A stretch of DNA of 32,000 nt, from assembly GCF_900187275.1 (NCBI RefSeq), contig NZ_LT906458.1, forward strand, positions 2,190,001 to 2,222,000, given 5' to 3'. Source of the stretch: Pasteurella multocida. Lineage in GTDB: Bacteria; Pseudomonadota; Gammaproteobacteria; Enterobacterales; Pasteurellaceae. The notes under the pieces were generated by a model that made no database searches, was not told where the DNA came from, and saw only the letters and a program-made list of their open reading frames with translations. Every line of letters begins with the position of its first letter. Position 1 is the stretch's first letter. A program made the position numbers and the translations under genes. Positions 21,312 through 29,972 of the stretch are shown here, one piece after another.

Positions 21312-21839
21312 ATGGCAGAAAAGCGTAATATTTTCTTAATTGGACCAATGGGCGCGGGTAAAAGTACGATTGGCCGCCAATTAGCACAGCTATTAAGTAT
21401 GGACTTTGTGGATTCGGATAATGAAATTGAACAACGAGCGGGTGCTGATATTAGTTGGATTTTTGATGTTGAAGGTGAAGACGGTTTTCGTAAGCGTGAA
21501 GAACGCATTATTAATGAATTAACACAAAGACAAGGGATCGTGTTATCTACAGGTGGTGGCGCGGTGTTATCGAAAGAAAATCGTAATCACTTATCAGCAC
21601 GGGGTATCGTGATTTATTTAGAAACGACGGTAGAGAAACAATATCAGCGTACCCAGCGTGATAAAAAACGCCCTCTTTTGCAAGAGGTTGAGGATCCCCG
21701 TCAAGTCCTTGAGGATTTAGCAAAAATTCGTAATCCTTTGTATGAAGAAATTGCCGATATCACCTTACCTACTGATGAACAAAGCGCTAAGGTAATGGCA
21801 ACGCAAATTGTCGATTTAATTGATAATCTTCACGGTTAG
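21312..21839 (+). CDS. aroK: Shikimate kinase
   Basis: 175 aa; [40 protein letters not shown]. Confidence 0.97.
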   Translation: MAEKRNIFLIGPMGAGKSTIGRQLAQLLSMDFVDSDNEIEQRAGADISWIFDVEGEDGFRKREERIINELTQRQGIVLSTGGGAVLSKENRNHLSARGIVIYLETTVEKQYQRTQRDKKRPLLQEVEDPRQVLEDLAKIRNPLYEEIADITLPTDEQSAKVMATQIVDLIDNLHG

Positions 21840-21855
21840 ATAAGTAGGGTAAAGC

Positions 21856-22944
21856 ATGTTGTGTGTAAATGTTGAGTTAAAAGAGCGCCGTTATCCAATT
21901 TATATTGGTTCGGGATTACTTTCGAATGAAAAATGCTATCCTTTAAAATCTGGCGACAAAGTCATGATTGTGACGAACCCAACGATTGCACAACATTATC
22001 TTTCTCAAGTGACAGACACCTTGGTGAAAAAAGGCTGTTTGGTTGAACATGTATTCTTATCAGATGGTGAACAATATAAAACACTAGACTCGTTAAATCT
22101 TATTTTTACAGCACTGTTGCAAGGAAATCATGGCAGAGATACGACGATTATTGCTCTCGGTGGTGGTGTGATCGGCGATGTTGCAGGTTATGCGGCGGCG
22201 AGTTATCAACGAGGTGTGCGTTTTATTCAAATTCCAACGACCTTATTAGCGCAAGTTGATTCGTCCGTAGGGGGAAAAACCGCGGTCAATCATGCGCTTG
22301 GTAAAAATATGATCGGTGCGTTCTATCAACCTTGTACGGTGATCATCGATACATTAACCTTAAACAGTTTACCAAAACGAGAAATCAATGCAGGCTTAGC
22401 TGAAGTGATTAAGTATGGCGCGATTTTAGATCTGCCGTTCTTTACTTGGTTGGAACAAAATATTGATAGTCTAGTGGCACGAGATCCAGACAATTTACAA
22501 ACCTGTATTGCACGCTGTTGTCAAATTAAGGCAGATGTTGTCGCGCGCGATGAAACGGAAAAAGGCGATCGCGCTTTATTAAATTTAGGGCATACATTTG
22601 GTCATGCGATTGAAACCCACTTAGGGTATGGGCATTGGTTACACGGTGAAGCAGTGGCGGTTGGGATGCTAATGGCTGCGGTACTTTCAGAAAAACTGGG
22701 GAATTTGACGAAGACTGATGTGGCACGTCTTGAAAGATTGCTAGCTCGAGCCAACTTACCGACAGTCTCACCAGATACTATGCAACCTGAAGATTATTTA
22801 CCACATATGCTACGCGATAAAAAAGTGCTCGCTGGAAAATTGCGTCTCGTCTTATTAGCGTCTTTAGGTCAGGCTTATGTCGCAACAGATACTGATCCAG
22901 CGTTAGTGCTAGATGCTATTCGTTGTTGTACGCAGGTTAATTGA
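21856..22944 (+). CDS. aroB: 3-dehydroquinate synthase
   Basis: 362 aa; [45 protein letters not shown]. Confidence 0.97.
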   Translation: MLCVNVELKERRYPIYIGSGLLSNEKCYPLKSGDKVMIVTNPTIAQHYLSQVTDTLVKKGCLVEHVFLSDGEQYKTLDSLNLIFTALLQGNHGRDTTIIALGGGVIGDVAGYAAASYQRGVRFIQIPTTLLAQVDSSVGGKTAVNHALGKNMIGAFYQPCTVIIDTLTLNSLPKREINAGLAEVIKYGAILDLPFFTWLEQNIDSLVARDPDNLQTCIARCCQIKADVVARDETEKGDRALLNLGHTFGHAIETHLGYGHWLHGEAVAVGMLMAAVLSEKLGNLTKTDVARLERLLARANLPTVSPDTMQPEDYLPHMLRDKKVLAGKLRLVLLASLGQAYVATDTDPALVLDAIRCCTQVN

Positions 22945-22947
22945 TTC

Positions 22948-23853
22948 ATGCCACCTCGTCGAAAATGCCCGGTTAAGCGCCCCGCTATTGTTGGTAAGAA
23001 AAAAGCAAAATTAATCCCTATTAAACACCGCCCCTTTTTGAAGTGGGCAGGTGGTAAATTTCGCCTATCTGATGAAATCAATAAACTGTTGCCCAAAACG
23101 AATCAATGCTTAATTGAGCCCTTTGTTGGAGCGGGTGCGGTCTTTTTGAATACTAATTTTGAACGTTATATTTTGGCGGATATTAATCCAGACTTGATTA
23201 ACTTGTTTAACTTTGTCAAAAACGACGTTGAGCATTATATTAATGCGAGCAAGCCACTTTTCTTCCACCCTGAAGCCAATACCAGTACGTTTTATTATGC
23301 AAAGCGTACACAGTTTAATCTTTCCAAAGATCCATTTGAACGATCAGTGATTTTTTTATACTTGAATCGTTTTGGTTTTAATGGACTTTGTCGCTACAAT
23401 TCTAAAAATGAATTTAATGTGCCGTTTGGTACGTATAAAAGACATTACTTTCCAGAAAATGAGCTCCGTTATTTTGCGGAAAAAGCACAAAATGCAGAGT
23501 TTATTTGTGCGGATTTCCAACAAACCTTTTCTTTGGCTGATGAAAAATCGATTATTTATTGTGATCCACCTTATGCACCATTAATTCAGGACAGTAATTT
23601 TACCAGTTACGCTGGCAATGAATTCTCTTCACTGCACCAACAAATGCTTGCTGAGTTAGCTCGAAAAACAGCCGAAGAGCGCCAGATTTCGGTAGTAATT
23701 TCGAATCATGATACGCCGTTTACGCGACAGATTTACCAGAATGCTAAAATTAAAGCTCTGAAAGTACAGCGTTCAATTAGTCATCAATCAGCACGCCGGA
23801 TTAAAGTGGCAGAATTAATTGCAGTATTCAAAGGGACACCTCTTGCTAAGTAA
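22948..23853 (+). CDS. dam: Dam DNA adenine methyltransferase
   Basis: FLKWAGGKFRL and IIYCDPPYAPL motifs (class D12 adenine methylase); downstream of aroB as in the E. coli aroKB-dam cluster. Confidence 0.94.
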   Translation: MPPRRKCPVKRPAIVGKKKAKLIPIKHRPFLKWAGGKFRLSDEINKLLPKTNQCLIEPFVGAGAVFLNTNFERYILADINPDLINLFNFVKNDVEHYINASKPLFFHPEANTSTFYYAKRTQFNLSKDPFERSVIFLYLNRFGFNGLCRYNSKNEFNVPFGTYKRHYFPENELRYFAEKAQNAEFICADFQQTFSLADEKSIIYCDPPYAPLIQDSNFTSYAGNEFSSLHQQMLAELARKTAEERQISVVISNHDTPFTRQIYQNAKIKALKVQRSISHQSARRIKVAELIAVFKGTPLAK

Positions 23854-23899
23854 TCAAGAAGACGATCGCTTTGTGCTGGCTTTGATGTGAAAAGAGACG

Positions 23900-24205
23900 T
23901 TAACAAAAGAGATTAGGCGTGATAGTGAATTTTATTTTTTTCACTTCAGGATAGTCTTGATGAATGCGTGCTAATATCGTTTTTTGTTCAAACAATAAAG
24001 CTTGTCGTACACTGGCATTGGCAACATCTAAATAAAGCGTATCCTGTTCTAAATTCGCGACGTTATACAAGCCTTGATATTGTTGAGGAATACGTTGTTG
24101 TAAATGCAAATTTAAGGCATTTAAAAACAGACCTTTTTTCATGATCTTCGCTAAACTGGAGTTTTCTAACAGCTCGATAACGTTAACCGGTTTTTCATAT
24201 CGCAT
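23900..24205 (-). CDS. dciA: DUF721/DciA-family protein (candidate replicative-helicase operator)
   Basis: 101 aa; DUF721-like pattern (LNALNLHLQQRIPQQYQGLYNVANLEQDTLYLDVANASVRQALLFEQKTILARI...VKKIKFTI); located upstream of secM-secA. Confidence 0.65.
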   Translation of the reverse strand: MRYEKPVNVIELLENSSLAKIMKKGLFLNALNLHLQQRIPQQYQGLYNVANLEQDTLYLDVANASVRQALLFEQKTILARIHQDYPEVKKIKFTITPNLFC

Positions 24206-24238
24206 GGGCTTGTTTTCTCACTTTTTACCTCAATATTT

Positions 24239-24267
24239 ATGACATTGTAGCGAATTTCCGCTACAAT
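24239..24267 (+). promoter_or_regulatory. Candidate sigma-70 promoter for secM-secA
   Basis: -35 ATGACA (24239-24244), 17-bp spacer, -10 TACAAT (24262-24267). Confidence 0.6.
24244..24267. repeat. Perfect inverted repeat (9-6-9) in the divergent dciA/secM promoter region
   Basis: ATTGTAGCG-AATTTC-CGCTACAAT. Confidence 0.85.
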
Positions 24268-24294
24268 ACGAGAGATTTTTTTACAGTAGGCGAG

Positions 24295-24609
24295 ATGATG
24301 GTTCTAACGAAAGGTAAGCATAATTTTTGGTCGCGATTACTCTTGAGTATGATTGCGATTTTTGCATTACCGCAGTCACAAGAATTGAGCACACCAACAG
24401 GCTTACCTCATGAGAATCATCGTTCATCTCAGCTGATTCAACAGCAGATTTCACATACGATTGCGATTGCGCAACATGTTCAACAACAGTCATATCATCT
24501 GATTGTTCCACCTCAAAATAAGCCTTATGTGAGGCAAAATCAGGCATTTTTTGCGTCAATCCTTACTTATTCACTGCCACCTATTCGTGCGGGTCCGATT
24601 AGCGTCTAA
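24295..24609 (+). CDS. secM: SecM-like secretion monitor with C-terminal arrest motif
   Basis: 104 aa ORF directly upstream of secA; basic/hydrophobic N-terminal signal (KGKHNFWSRLLLSMIAIFALP); C-terminus FFASILTYSLPPIRAGPISV contains IRAGP as in E. coli SecM with F at the F150-equivalent spacing. Confidence 0.85.
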   Translation: MMVLTKGKHNFWSRLLLSMIAIFALPQSQELSTPTGLPHENHRSSQLIQQQISHTIAIAQHVQQQSYHLIVPPQNKPYVRQNQAFFASILTYSLPPIRAGPISV

Positions 24610-24692
24610 CTTAACTCGTTGACTTATTTACTCTGTTTTGTATTGAACGGCAAAGCAGATCCGTTATTCATTTTATAAGAAAGAAAAAAATT

Positions 24693-27380
24693 ATGTTTAG
24701 AAGTATTCTCACCAAAATTTTTGGCAGCCGTAATGATCGGATTTTACGTCGATTGAATAAAATTGTTATTAAGATTAATCAGTTAGAGCCTGAGTTTGAA
24801 GCCTTAAGCGATGATGATTTAAAAGCGAAGACTGATGCCTTTAAAGCACGTTTAGCACAGGGCGAAACATTAGAGCAACTTTTACCTGAAGCATTTGCCA
24901 CAGTGCGTGAAGCAAGCAAACGTGTATTAGGCATGCGTCATTTTGATGTGCAATTGTTGGGGGGAATGGTACTGACTAACCGTTGTATTGCGGAGATGCG
25001 TACAGGGGAAGGGAAAACATTAACCGCGACCTTACCTTGCTATTTAAATGCGCTAACGGGGAAAGGTGTGCATGTTGTGACGGTGAATGACTATTTAGCT
25101 CGTCGAGATGCGGAAACGAATCGCCCACTTTTTGAATTTTTAGGTATGACGGTGGGCGTGAATGTTCCTGGTTTATCACCAGAGCAAAAACGTGAAGCTT
25201 ATGCGGCAGATGTAACATATGCAACTAATAGTGAATTAGGTTTTGATTATTTACGTGATAATTTAGCCCATACTGCACAAGAACGTTTTCAACGTTATTT
25301 ACATTATGCGTTAGTGGATGAGGTGGATTCTATTTTAATTGATGAAGCCAGAACGCCGTTGATTATTTCAGGGCAAGCTGAAGACAGCTCAGAATTGTAT
25401 ATGACGGTTGATAAATTGATTCCGAATTTAATCAAACAAGATAAAGAAGACTCAGAAGAATATCAAGGTGAAGGAGACTTCACTTTAGACTTAAAAACCA
25501 AGCAAGCGCATTTAACTGAGCGAGGTCAAGAGAAAGTCGAACAATGGCTGACTGAACAAGGGTTAATGAGTGCGGAGGAATCTTTGTATTCGCCGTCAAA
25601 AATTTCCTTGTTGCATCATGTGTACGCGGCATTACGTGCCCATACTTTATTTGAGCGTGATGTGGATTACATCGTGAAAGACGGTGAAATCGTGATTGTT
25701 GACGAGCACACTGGTCGTACTATGGCGGGTCGTCGTTGGTCAGACGGCTTACACCAAGCGATTGAAGCCAAAGAAGGTGTGCGCATTCAAAGCGAGAACC
25801 AGACTGTTGCCTCAATCACCTACCAAAACTATTTCCGCTTGTATGAAAAACTAGCAGGGATGACCGGTACTGCGGACACTGAAGCCTTTGAGTTCCAACA
25901 AATTTATGGGTTAGAAACTATTGTCGTGCCAACCAATCGTCCGATGATTCGTGATGATCGTACTGACGTCATGTTCGAGAATGAAGAGTATAAATTTAAT
26001 GCGATTATTGAGGACATCAAAGATTGTGTGGCACGTAATCAACCGGTGTTAGTCGGGACAATCTCCATTGAAAAATCAGAATTACTCTCTCATGCATTGA
26101 AAAAAGCCGGCATTAAACACAATGTGCTAAATGCGAAATTCCACGCACAGGAAGCCGAAATCGTGGCAAACGCCGGGTATCCAGGTACGGTGACGATTGC
26201 CACCAATATGGCAGGTCGTGGTACAGATATTGTACTAGGTGGTAACTGGAAAGCCGAAATTGCGAAGTTGGACAATCCGACAGAATCACAAATTGAGGCA
26301 ATTCATACTGCTTGGAAAGCGCGTCATGAGATCGTGAAAGCCGCGGGGGGATTGCATATTATTGGAACGGAACGTCATGAGTCACGTCGTATTGATAATC
26401 AGTTGCGCGGTCGTTCTGGTCGTCAAGGTGACCCAGGATCTTCACGTTTCTATTTATCGTTAGATGACGCGCTGATGCGTATTTATCTAAATGAAGGTAA
26501 GTTAAACTTAATGCGCAAGGCCTTTAGCACTGCAGGCGAAGCGATGGAGTCAAAAATGTTGACCAAAGTGATTGCCTCCGCACAAGCTAAAGTGGAAGCG
26601 CATAACTTTGATGGTCGTAAAAACTTACTTGAGTTTGATGATGTTGCTAATGACCAACGTCATGCTATTTATGCACAACGTAATACGTTGTTAGATAATG
26701 AGGATATTTCTGACACGATTGATGTGATTCGCGCGGATGTCTTTAATCAAGTGATTGATCAATATATTCCACCACAATCTTTAGAAGAAATGTGGGATGT
26801 ACCTGCACTAGAGCAACGTTTGAAACATGACTTTGCCTTAGATTTACCGCTTGAAAAATGGTTAGAAGAAGATAATCATTTTGATGAAGATGCATTACGT
26901 CAGCGTGTATTAGATGCAGCGATTGAGGAATACAAGCAAAAAGAAAGCATTGTGGGTGAACAAACCATGCGTAGCTTTGAAAAAGGCGTGATGTTACAAA
27001 CTCTTGATGAATTGTGGAAAGAACATTTATCAGCAATGGATCATTTACGTCGTGGTATCCATTTGCGTGGTTATGCACAAAAAGATCCAAAACAGGAATA
27101 CAAAAAAGAATGTTTCCAAATGTTTACGGATATGCTTGATGCCTTGAAGTTGAGTGTTGTGACGACGTTAAGTCGTGTACAAGTACGTACACAAGAAGAA
27201 GTTGAACAAGCGGAGCGTCAGCGTCAAGAGATGGCAAAACGCGAAACGGCCAGTATGCAATATAATGCAGATGAAGACAGTGGCGAAGAGAGCACACGTC
27301 GTGTGGGACGAAATGAGCCATGTCCTTGTGGGTCTGGCAAGAAATATAAACATTGCCATGGCAGTAAAGCTAAATATTAA
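24693..27380 (+). CDS. secA: Preprotein translocase ATPase SecA
   Basis: 895 aa; [42 protein letters not shown]-terminal zinc motif [17 protein letters not shown]. Confidence 0.98.
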   Translation: MFRSILTKIFGSRNDRILRRLNKIVIKINQLEPEFEALSDDDLKAKTDAFKARLAQGETLEQLLPEAFATVREASKRVLGMRHFDVQLLGGMVLTNRCIAEMRTGEGKTLTATLPCYLNALTGKGVHVVTVNDYLARRDAETNRPLFEFLGMTVGVNVPGLSPEQKREAYAADVTYATNSELGFDYLRDNLAHTAQERFQRYLHYALVDEVDSILIDEARTPLIISGQAEDSSELYMTVDKLIPNLIKQDKEDSEEYQGEGDFTLDLKTKQAHLTERGQEKVEQWLTEQGLMSAEESLYSPSKISLLHHVYAALRAHTLFERDVDYIVKDGEIVIVDEHTGRTMAGRRWSDGLHQAIEAKEGVRIQSENQTVASITYQNYFRLYEKLAGMTGTADTEAFEFQQIYGLETIVVPTNRPMIRDDRTDVMFENEEYKFNAIIEDIKDCVARNQPVLVGTISIEKSELLSHALKKAGIKHNVLNAKFHAQEAEIVANAGYPGTVTIATNMAGRGTDIVLGGNWKAEIAKLDNPTESQIEAIHTAWKARHEIVKAAGGLHIIGTERHESRRIDNQLRGRSGRQGDPGSSRFYLSLDDALMRIYLNEGKLNLMRKAFSTAGEAMESKMLTKVIASAQAKVEAHNFDGRKNLLEFDDVANDQRHAIYAQRNTLLDNEDISDTIDVIRADVFNQVIDQYIPPQSLEEMWDVPALEQRLKHDFALDLPLEKWLEEDNHFDEDALRQRVLDAAIEEYKQKESIVGEQTMRSFEKGVMLQTLDELWKEHLSAMDHLRRGIHLRGYAQKDPKQEYKKECFQMFTDMLDALKLSVVTTLSRVQVRTQEEVEQAERQRQEMAKRETASMQYNADEDSGEESTRRVGRNEPCPCGSGKKYKHCHGSKAKY

Positions 27381-27410
27381 TCTTGTGTATAAGATGATTT
27401 AAGTAGATAT

Positions 27411-27460
27411 AAAAGTGCGGTATGTTTTTAAAAAATTTTTAAAACTGACCGCACTTTTTT
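27411..27460 (+). terminator. Inverted USS pair forming a secA terminator
   Basis: AAAAGTGCGGT (27411-27421) and ACCGCACTTTT (27448-27458), continuing into a T-run. Dual uptake-sequence terminators are well known in Pasteurellaceae. Confidence 0.8.
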
Positions 27461-27472
27461 TAAGGATACATC

Positions 27473-27874
27473 ATGACAAAACCTTTAGTTCACGTTGCAG
27501 CAGGCATTATTCGTAATGAGTTTGGTCAGATTTATGTTACGCAGCGTTTAGAAGGGCAAGATTTTGCCCAAGCATTGGAGTTTCCCGGTGGAAAAGTGGA
27601 CGATGGCGAAAGTCCGGAACAAGCGTTAAGACGTGAGTTAGAAGAGGAAATTGGCATACATATTTTAAATGCGACACTTTATGAGCGTTTTCAGTTTGAA
27701 TATCCAACTAAAATGATTTCTTTTTATTTCTATCTCGTTGATGAATGGGTTGGTGAACCTTTTGGTCGTGAAGGACAAGCTGGATTTTGGGTCGCACAAA
27801 ACGAACTGGATGCCGGGCAATTTCCACCTGCGAATGTAAAATTAATCCAACGGTTACTGGCCGAGAATCGTTAG
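27473..27874 (+). CDS. mutT: 8-oxo-dGTP diphosphatase MutT (Nudix)
   Basis: 133 aa; Nudix box GGKVDDGESPEQALRRELEEEIGI; downstream of secA as in E. coli. Confidence 0.95.
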   Translation: MTKPLVHVAAGIIRNEFGQIYVTQRLEGQDFAQALEFPGGKVDDGESPEQALRRELEEEIGIHILNATLYERFQFEYPTKMISFYFYLVDEWVGEPFGREGQAGFWVAQNELDAGQFPPANVKLIQRLLAENR

Positions 27875-27894
27875 TAATAGGTTGTCTTATATCA

Positions 27895-27924
27895 ACAAAA
27901 CCCCTGTTAATACAGGGGTTTTGT
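27895..27924. terminator. Bidirectional terminator between mutT and the 27940 gene
   Basis: Perfect ACAAAACCCCTG-TTAATA-CAGGGGTTTTGT hairpin. Confidence 0.9.
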
Positions 27925-27939
27925 GTTTGCGTTGAGTAA

Positions 27940-28206
27940 TTATTTTTTACCCATCATGCTTTGCATTTGTTTCAATTGCTCAGCAGCCTGATTACAGGTT
28001 TGTTCTTGCATGTCTTTCGGTAAGGCTAAGAACTGTTGTTTGGCGCTGTCATACTGTTGTTTGATCATAGTCGCTTGTTCTGCAGGGACATTTTTAAGAA
28101 AAGTCTCGTAATCAGCGAAATATTTTTCACAAGCTGGTGCAAGTTCTGCTGCGGAAACTGTCACAGAAAACGCAGAGAAGGTCATGATTGCAACTAATTT
28201 TTTCAT
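27940..28206 (-). CDS. Small secreted/periplasmic protein, DUF5339-like
   Basis: 88 aa with signal peptide (MKKLVAIMTFSAFSVTVSAAE), two cysteines in the mature part (PACEKYF, EQTCNQAAEQL). Confidence 0.75.
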   Translation of the reverse strand: MKKLVAIMTFSAFSVTVSAAELAPACEKYFADYETFLKNVPAEQATMIKQQYDSAKQQFLALPKDMQEQTCNQAAEQLKQMQSMMGKK

Positions 28207-28334
28207 AGTAAGTCCTTAATAACGTGTTTTATGTATAAAAAATCGCCTAAAGGCAAGGCATTATAACGGATAATTAAACAATGTAAAAAACAAAATATGC
28301 CGATGCGAGAGTAAGAATAGGCTGATTTAGCTTA

Positions 28335-29414
28335 TCAACGAGAGAAAGTTGGTAGAGATAGTAGGTGATTGGGATCATCTGGTAAACAAATGAAAGCAGA
28401 AAGTTCGGCTAAACGATCCCAAATATCTTGGCTAAATGTGTGTTTCGCTAAACGTTCGATCTCTGCTAGCGCTTGAATAATCAAATAAAGCTGTTTGTAA
28501 TTCAAGCGTTTAAAGGCTTGAGTAAAGAAAGGGCGTCGATTTTGCCACACTTTTAATTGATCAAATTGTTCACGCAGTTGATGAGCAGGGAGGGGCGTGG
28601 CAAGGGTGACAGGATGTGATGGCTTCGCCAATCCTAATAAGGTGAGCAAATCTCGTTGTAACGTCCGCAATAAAATAATGGGCTCCATTTCCTCTGCTTT
28701 TAACCCTTCTAAAATACGTTGGGCGCGTTTACTTTTACCTTCTAACAGCGCATCGACCCATTGAAATGGTGTGAACACTGAGGTCTGAGCAATAGTGGAT
28801 TGTACTCGTGCATAACTGATTTTGTTGTCAGGATAGAGTAAAGCAAGGAGCTGCAAACTTTGTTTTAAGGCTAATAAGTTATTTTCATGGCTATAACAAA
28901 GAAGTTGGATTGCTTGCTCTTCAATCTGTAGTCCCATACTTTTCGCACGCAACGCGATCCAACGAGGCAATTGCTCAATGGTTGGGGTTTGGCAATGCAC
29001 GAGTACGGCTTCCGGTTCATACTGATTAGCTTGGATAAACCATGTTTGTTTTTCAGTCGCTTTGTTCAGTTTAGGCAATTGTAGTATTAACAGGATGTCA
29101 TCGTTGAGGAGTGAGATCAGTTCTTGTAAACGAGTTTGTAAACTTGCACTGAGGTTTTCAGGTAAATTAAGAAACAAAATCTGTTTATTGAAAAACAAGC
29201 CAATGGATTGGCAGCGTTCAAAGAGATCAGACCAATTAGTATTCTGATCAATTGTGATGACATTTTTTTCGTCAAAACCTTGCTTGAATGCATATTGATT
29301 TATGCGATCTTGATTTTCACTTAACAGTAACGGATCTTGCCCTACGAAATAATAGAGCTTGGCTAGTTTGTTTTGTAGAGCAGATCCTAATTGTTCTGTG
29401 AAAATCCGTTGCAT
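28335..29414 (-). CDS. holA: DNA polymerase III subunit delta
   Basis: 359 aa; MQRIFTEQLGSALQNKLAKLYYFVGQDPLLLSENQDRI...; downstream of lptE with overlapping boundary, as in the conserved leuS-lptE-holA order. Confidence 0.94.
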   Translation of the reverse strand: MQRIFTEQLGSALQNKLAKLYYFVGQDPLLLSENQDRINQYAFKQGFDEKNVITIDQNTNWSDLFERCQSIGLFFNKQILFLNLPENLSASLQTRLQELISLLNDDILLILQLPKLNKATEKQTWFIQANQYEPEAVLVHCQTPTIEQLPRWIALRAKSMGLQIEEQAIQLLCYSHENNLLALKQSLQLLALLYPDNKISYARVQSTIAQTSVFTPFQWVDALLEGKSKRAQRILEGLKAEEMEPIILLRTLQRDLLTLLGLAKPSHPVTLATPLPAHQLREQFDQLKVWQNRRPFFTQAFKRLNYKQLYLIIQALAEIERLAKHTFSQDIWDRLAELSAFICLPDDPNHLLSLPTFSR

Positions 29415-29917
29415 TATTTTGTCTGAACTTGATGTTGAAGAGCAACCACTTTATTAATTAACTGACGTGCAGCTTGCTCGCGCATATCATGCCAAATCAC
29501 TTCTTTTTCGGCAGATTTTGCTAAGGCTGCGCGCGAGTTATCGAAGAACGTGCGATTCACTTTAGTTGAAATCGGGAACGCAGCTTGATTAGGCAATTTT
29601 ACCATTGCCTCTACTTCTAAAATCAGCATTTTTTCTGCTTCACGACCTTGTTTGAAAATTGACGCAACTTGATCATGCATAGTGATTTTATTTAAACGTA
29701 ATACGGGAATATTTGCTTGTCCCTCGACCAAATGAATATTATTGAGCTGTAGCTCTTTTCTTAAGGTCAACGTCATTTCACTGTAAGGATCGCTACTTTC
29801 AAGCGTAAGGGTTTGCAACGCAGACGGAATGAGTCCGCCATTTTGAAATTGAAAGCCACATGCTGTCAGGAAAGTAAAAACTGCTGTGAGCAAAATTGTT
29901 TTGAGTTGTTTCAACAT
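29414..29917 (-). CDS. lptE: LPS-assembly lipoprotein LptE
   Basis: 167 aa; lipobox FLTACGFQFQNGGLIP; between leuS and holA. Confidence 0.93.
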   Translation of the reverse strand: MLKQLKTILLTAVFTFLTACGFQFQNGGLIPSALQTLTLESSDPYSEMTLTLRKELQLNNIHLVEGQANIPVLRLNKITMHDQVASIFKQGREAEKMLILEVEAMVKLPNQAAFPISTKVNRTFFDNSRAALAKSAEKEVIWHDMREQAARQLINKVVALQHQVQTK

Positions 29918-29931
29918 ATTGTGATCCTTAA

Positions 29932-29953
29932 TTTCCCTCTAGGAAGAGGGAAA
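29932..29953. repeat. Perfect 9-bp-stem hairpin in the leuS-lptE intergenic region
   Basis: TTTCCCTCT-AGGA-AGAGGGAAA; no long T-run follows on the - strand. Confidence 0.75.
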
Positions 29954-29972
29954 TATCAAAGAAAATTAGGAA

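Noticed and set aside
23108-23160. USS-like GGGTGCGGTCTTTTTG inside dam
   Set aside because: The core lacks the leading AA of AAGTGCGGT; probably coincidental.
22948-23853. Restriction-modification system centred on the D12-class adenine methyltransferase
   Set aside because: There is no neighbouring endonuclease; position after aroB and motif content identify the orphan housekeeping Dam.
28207-28334. Intergenic region between the DUF5339-like gene and holA as a possible sRNA or terminator
   Set aside because: I could not identify a convincing stem plus T-run or promoter pair by eye.
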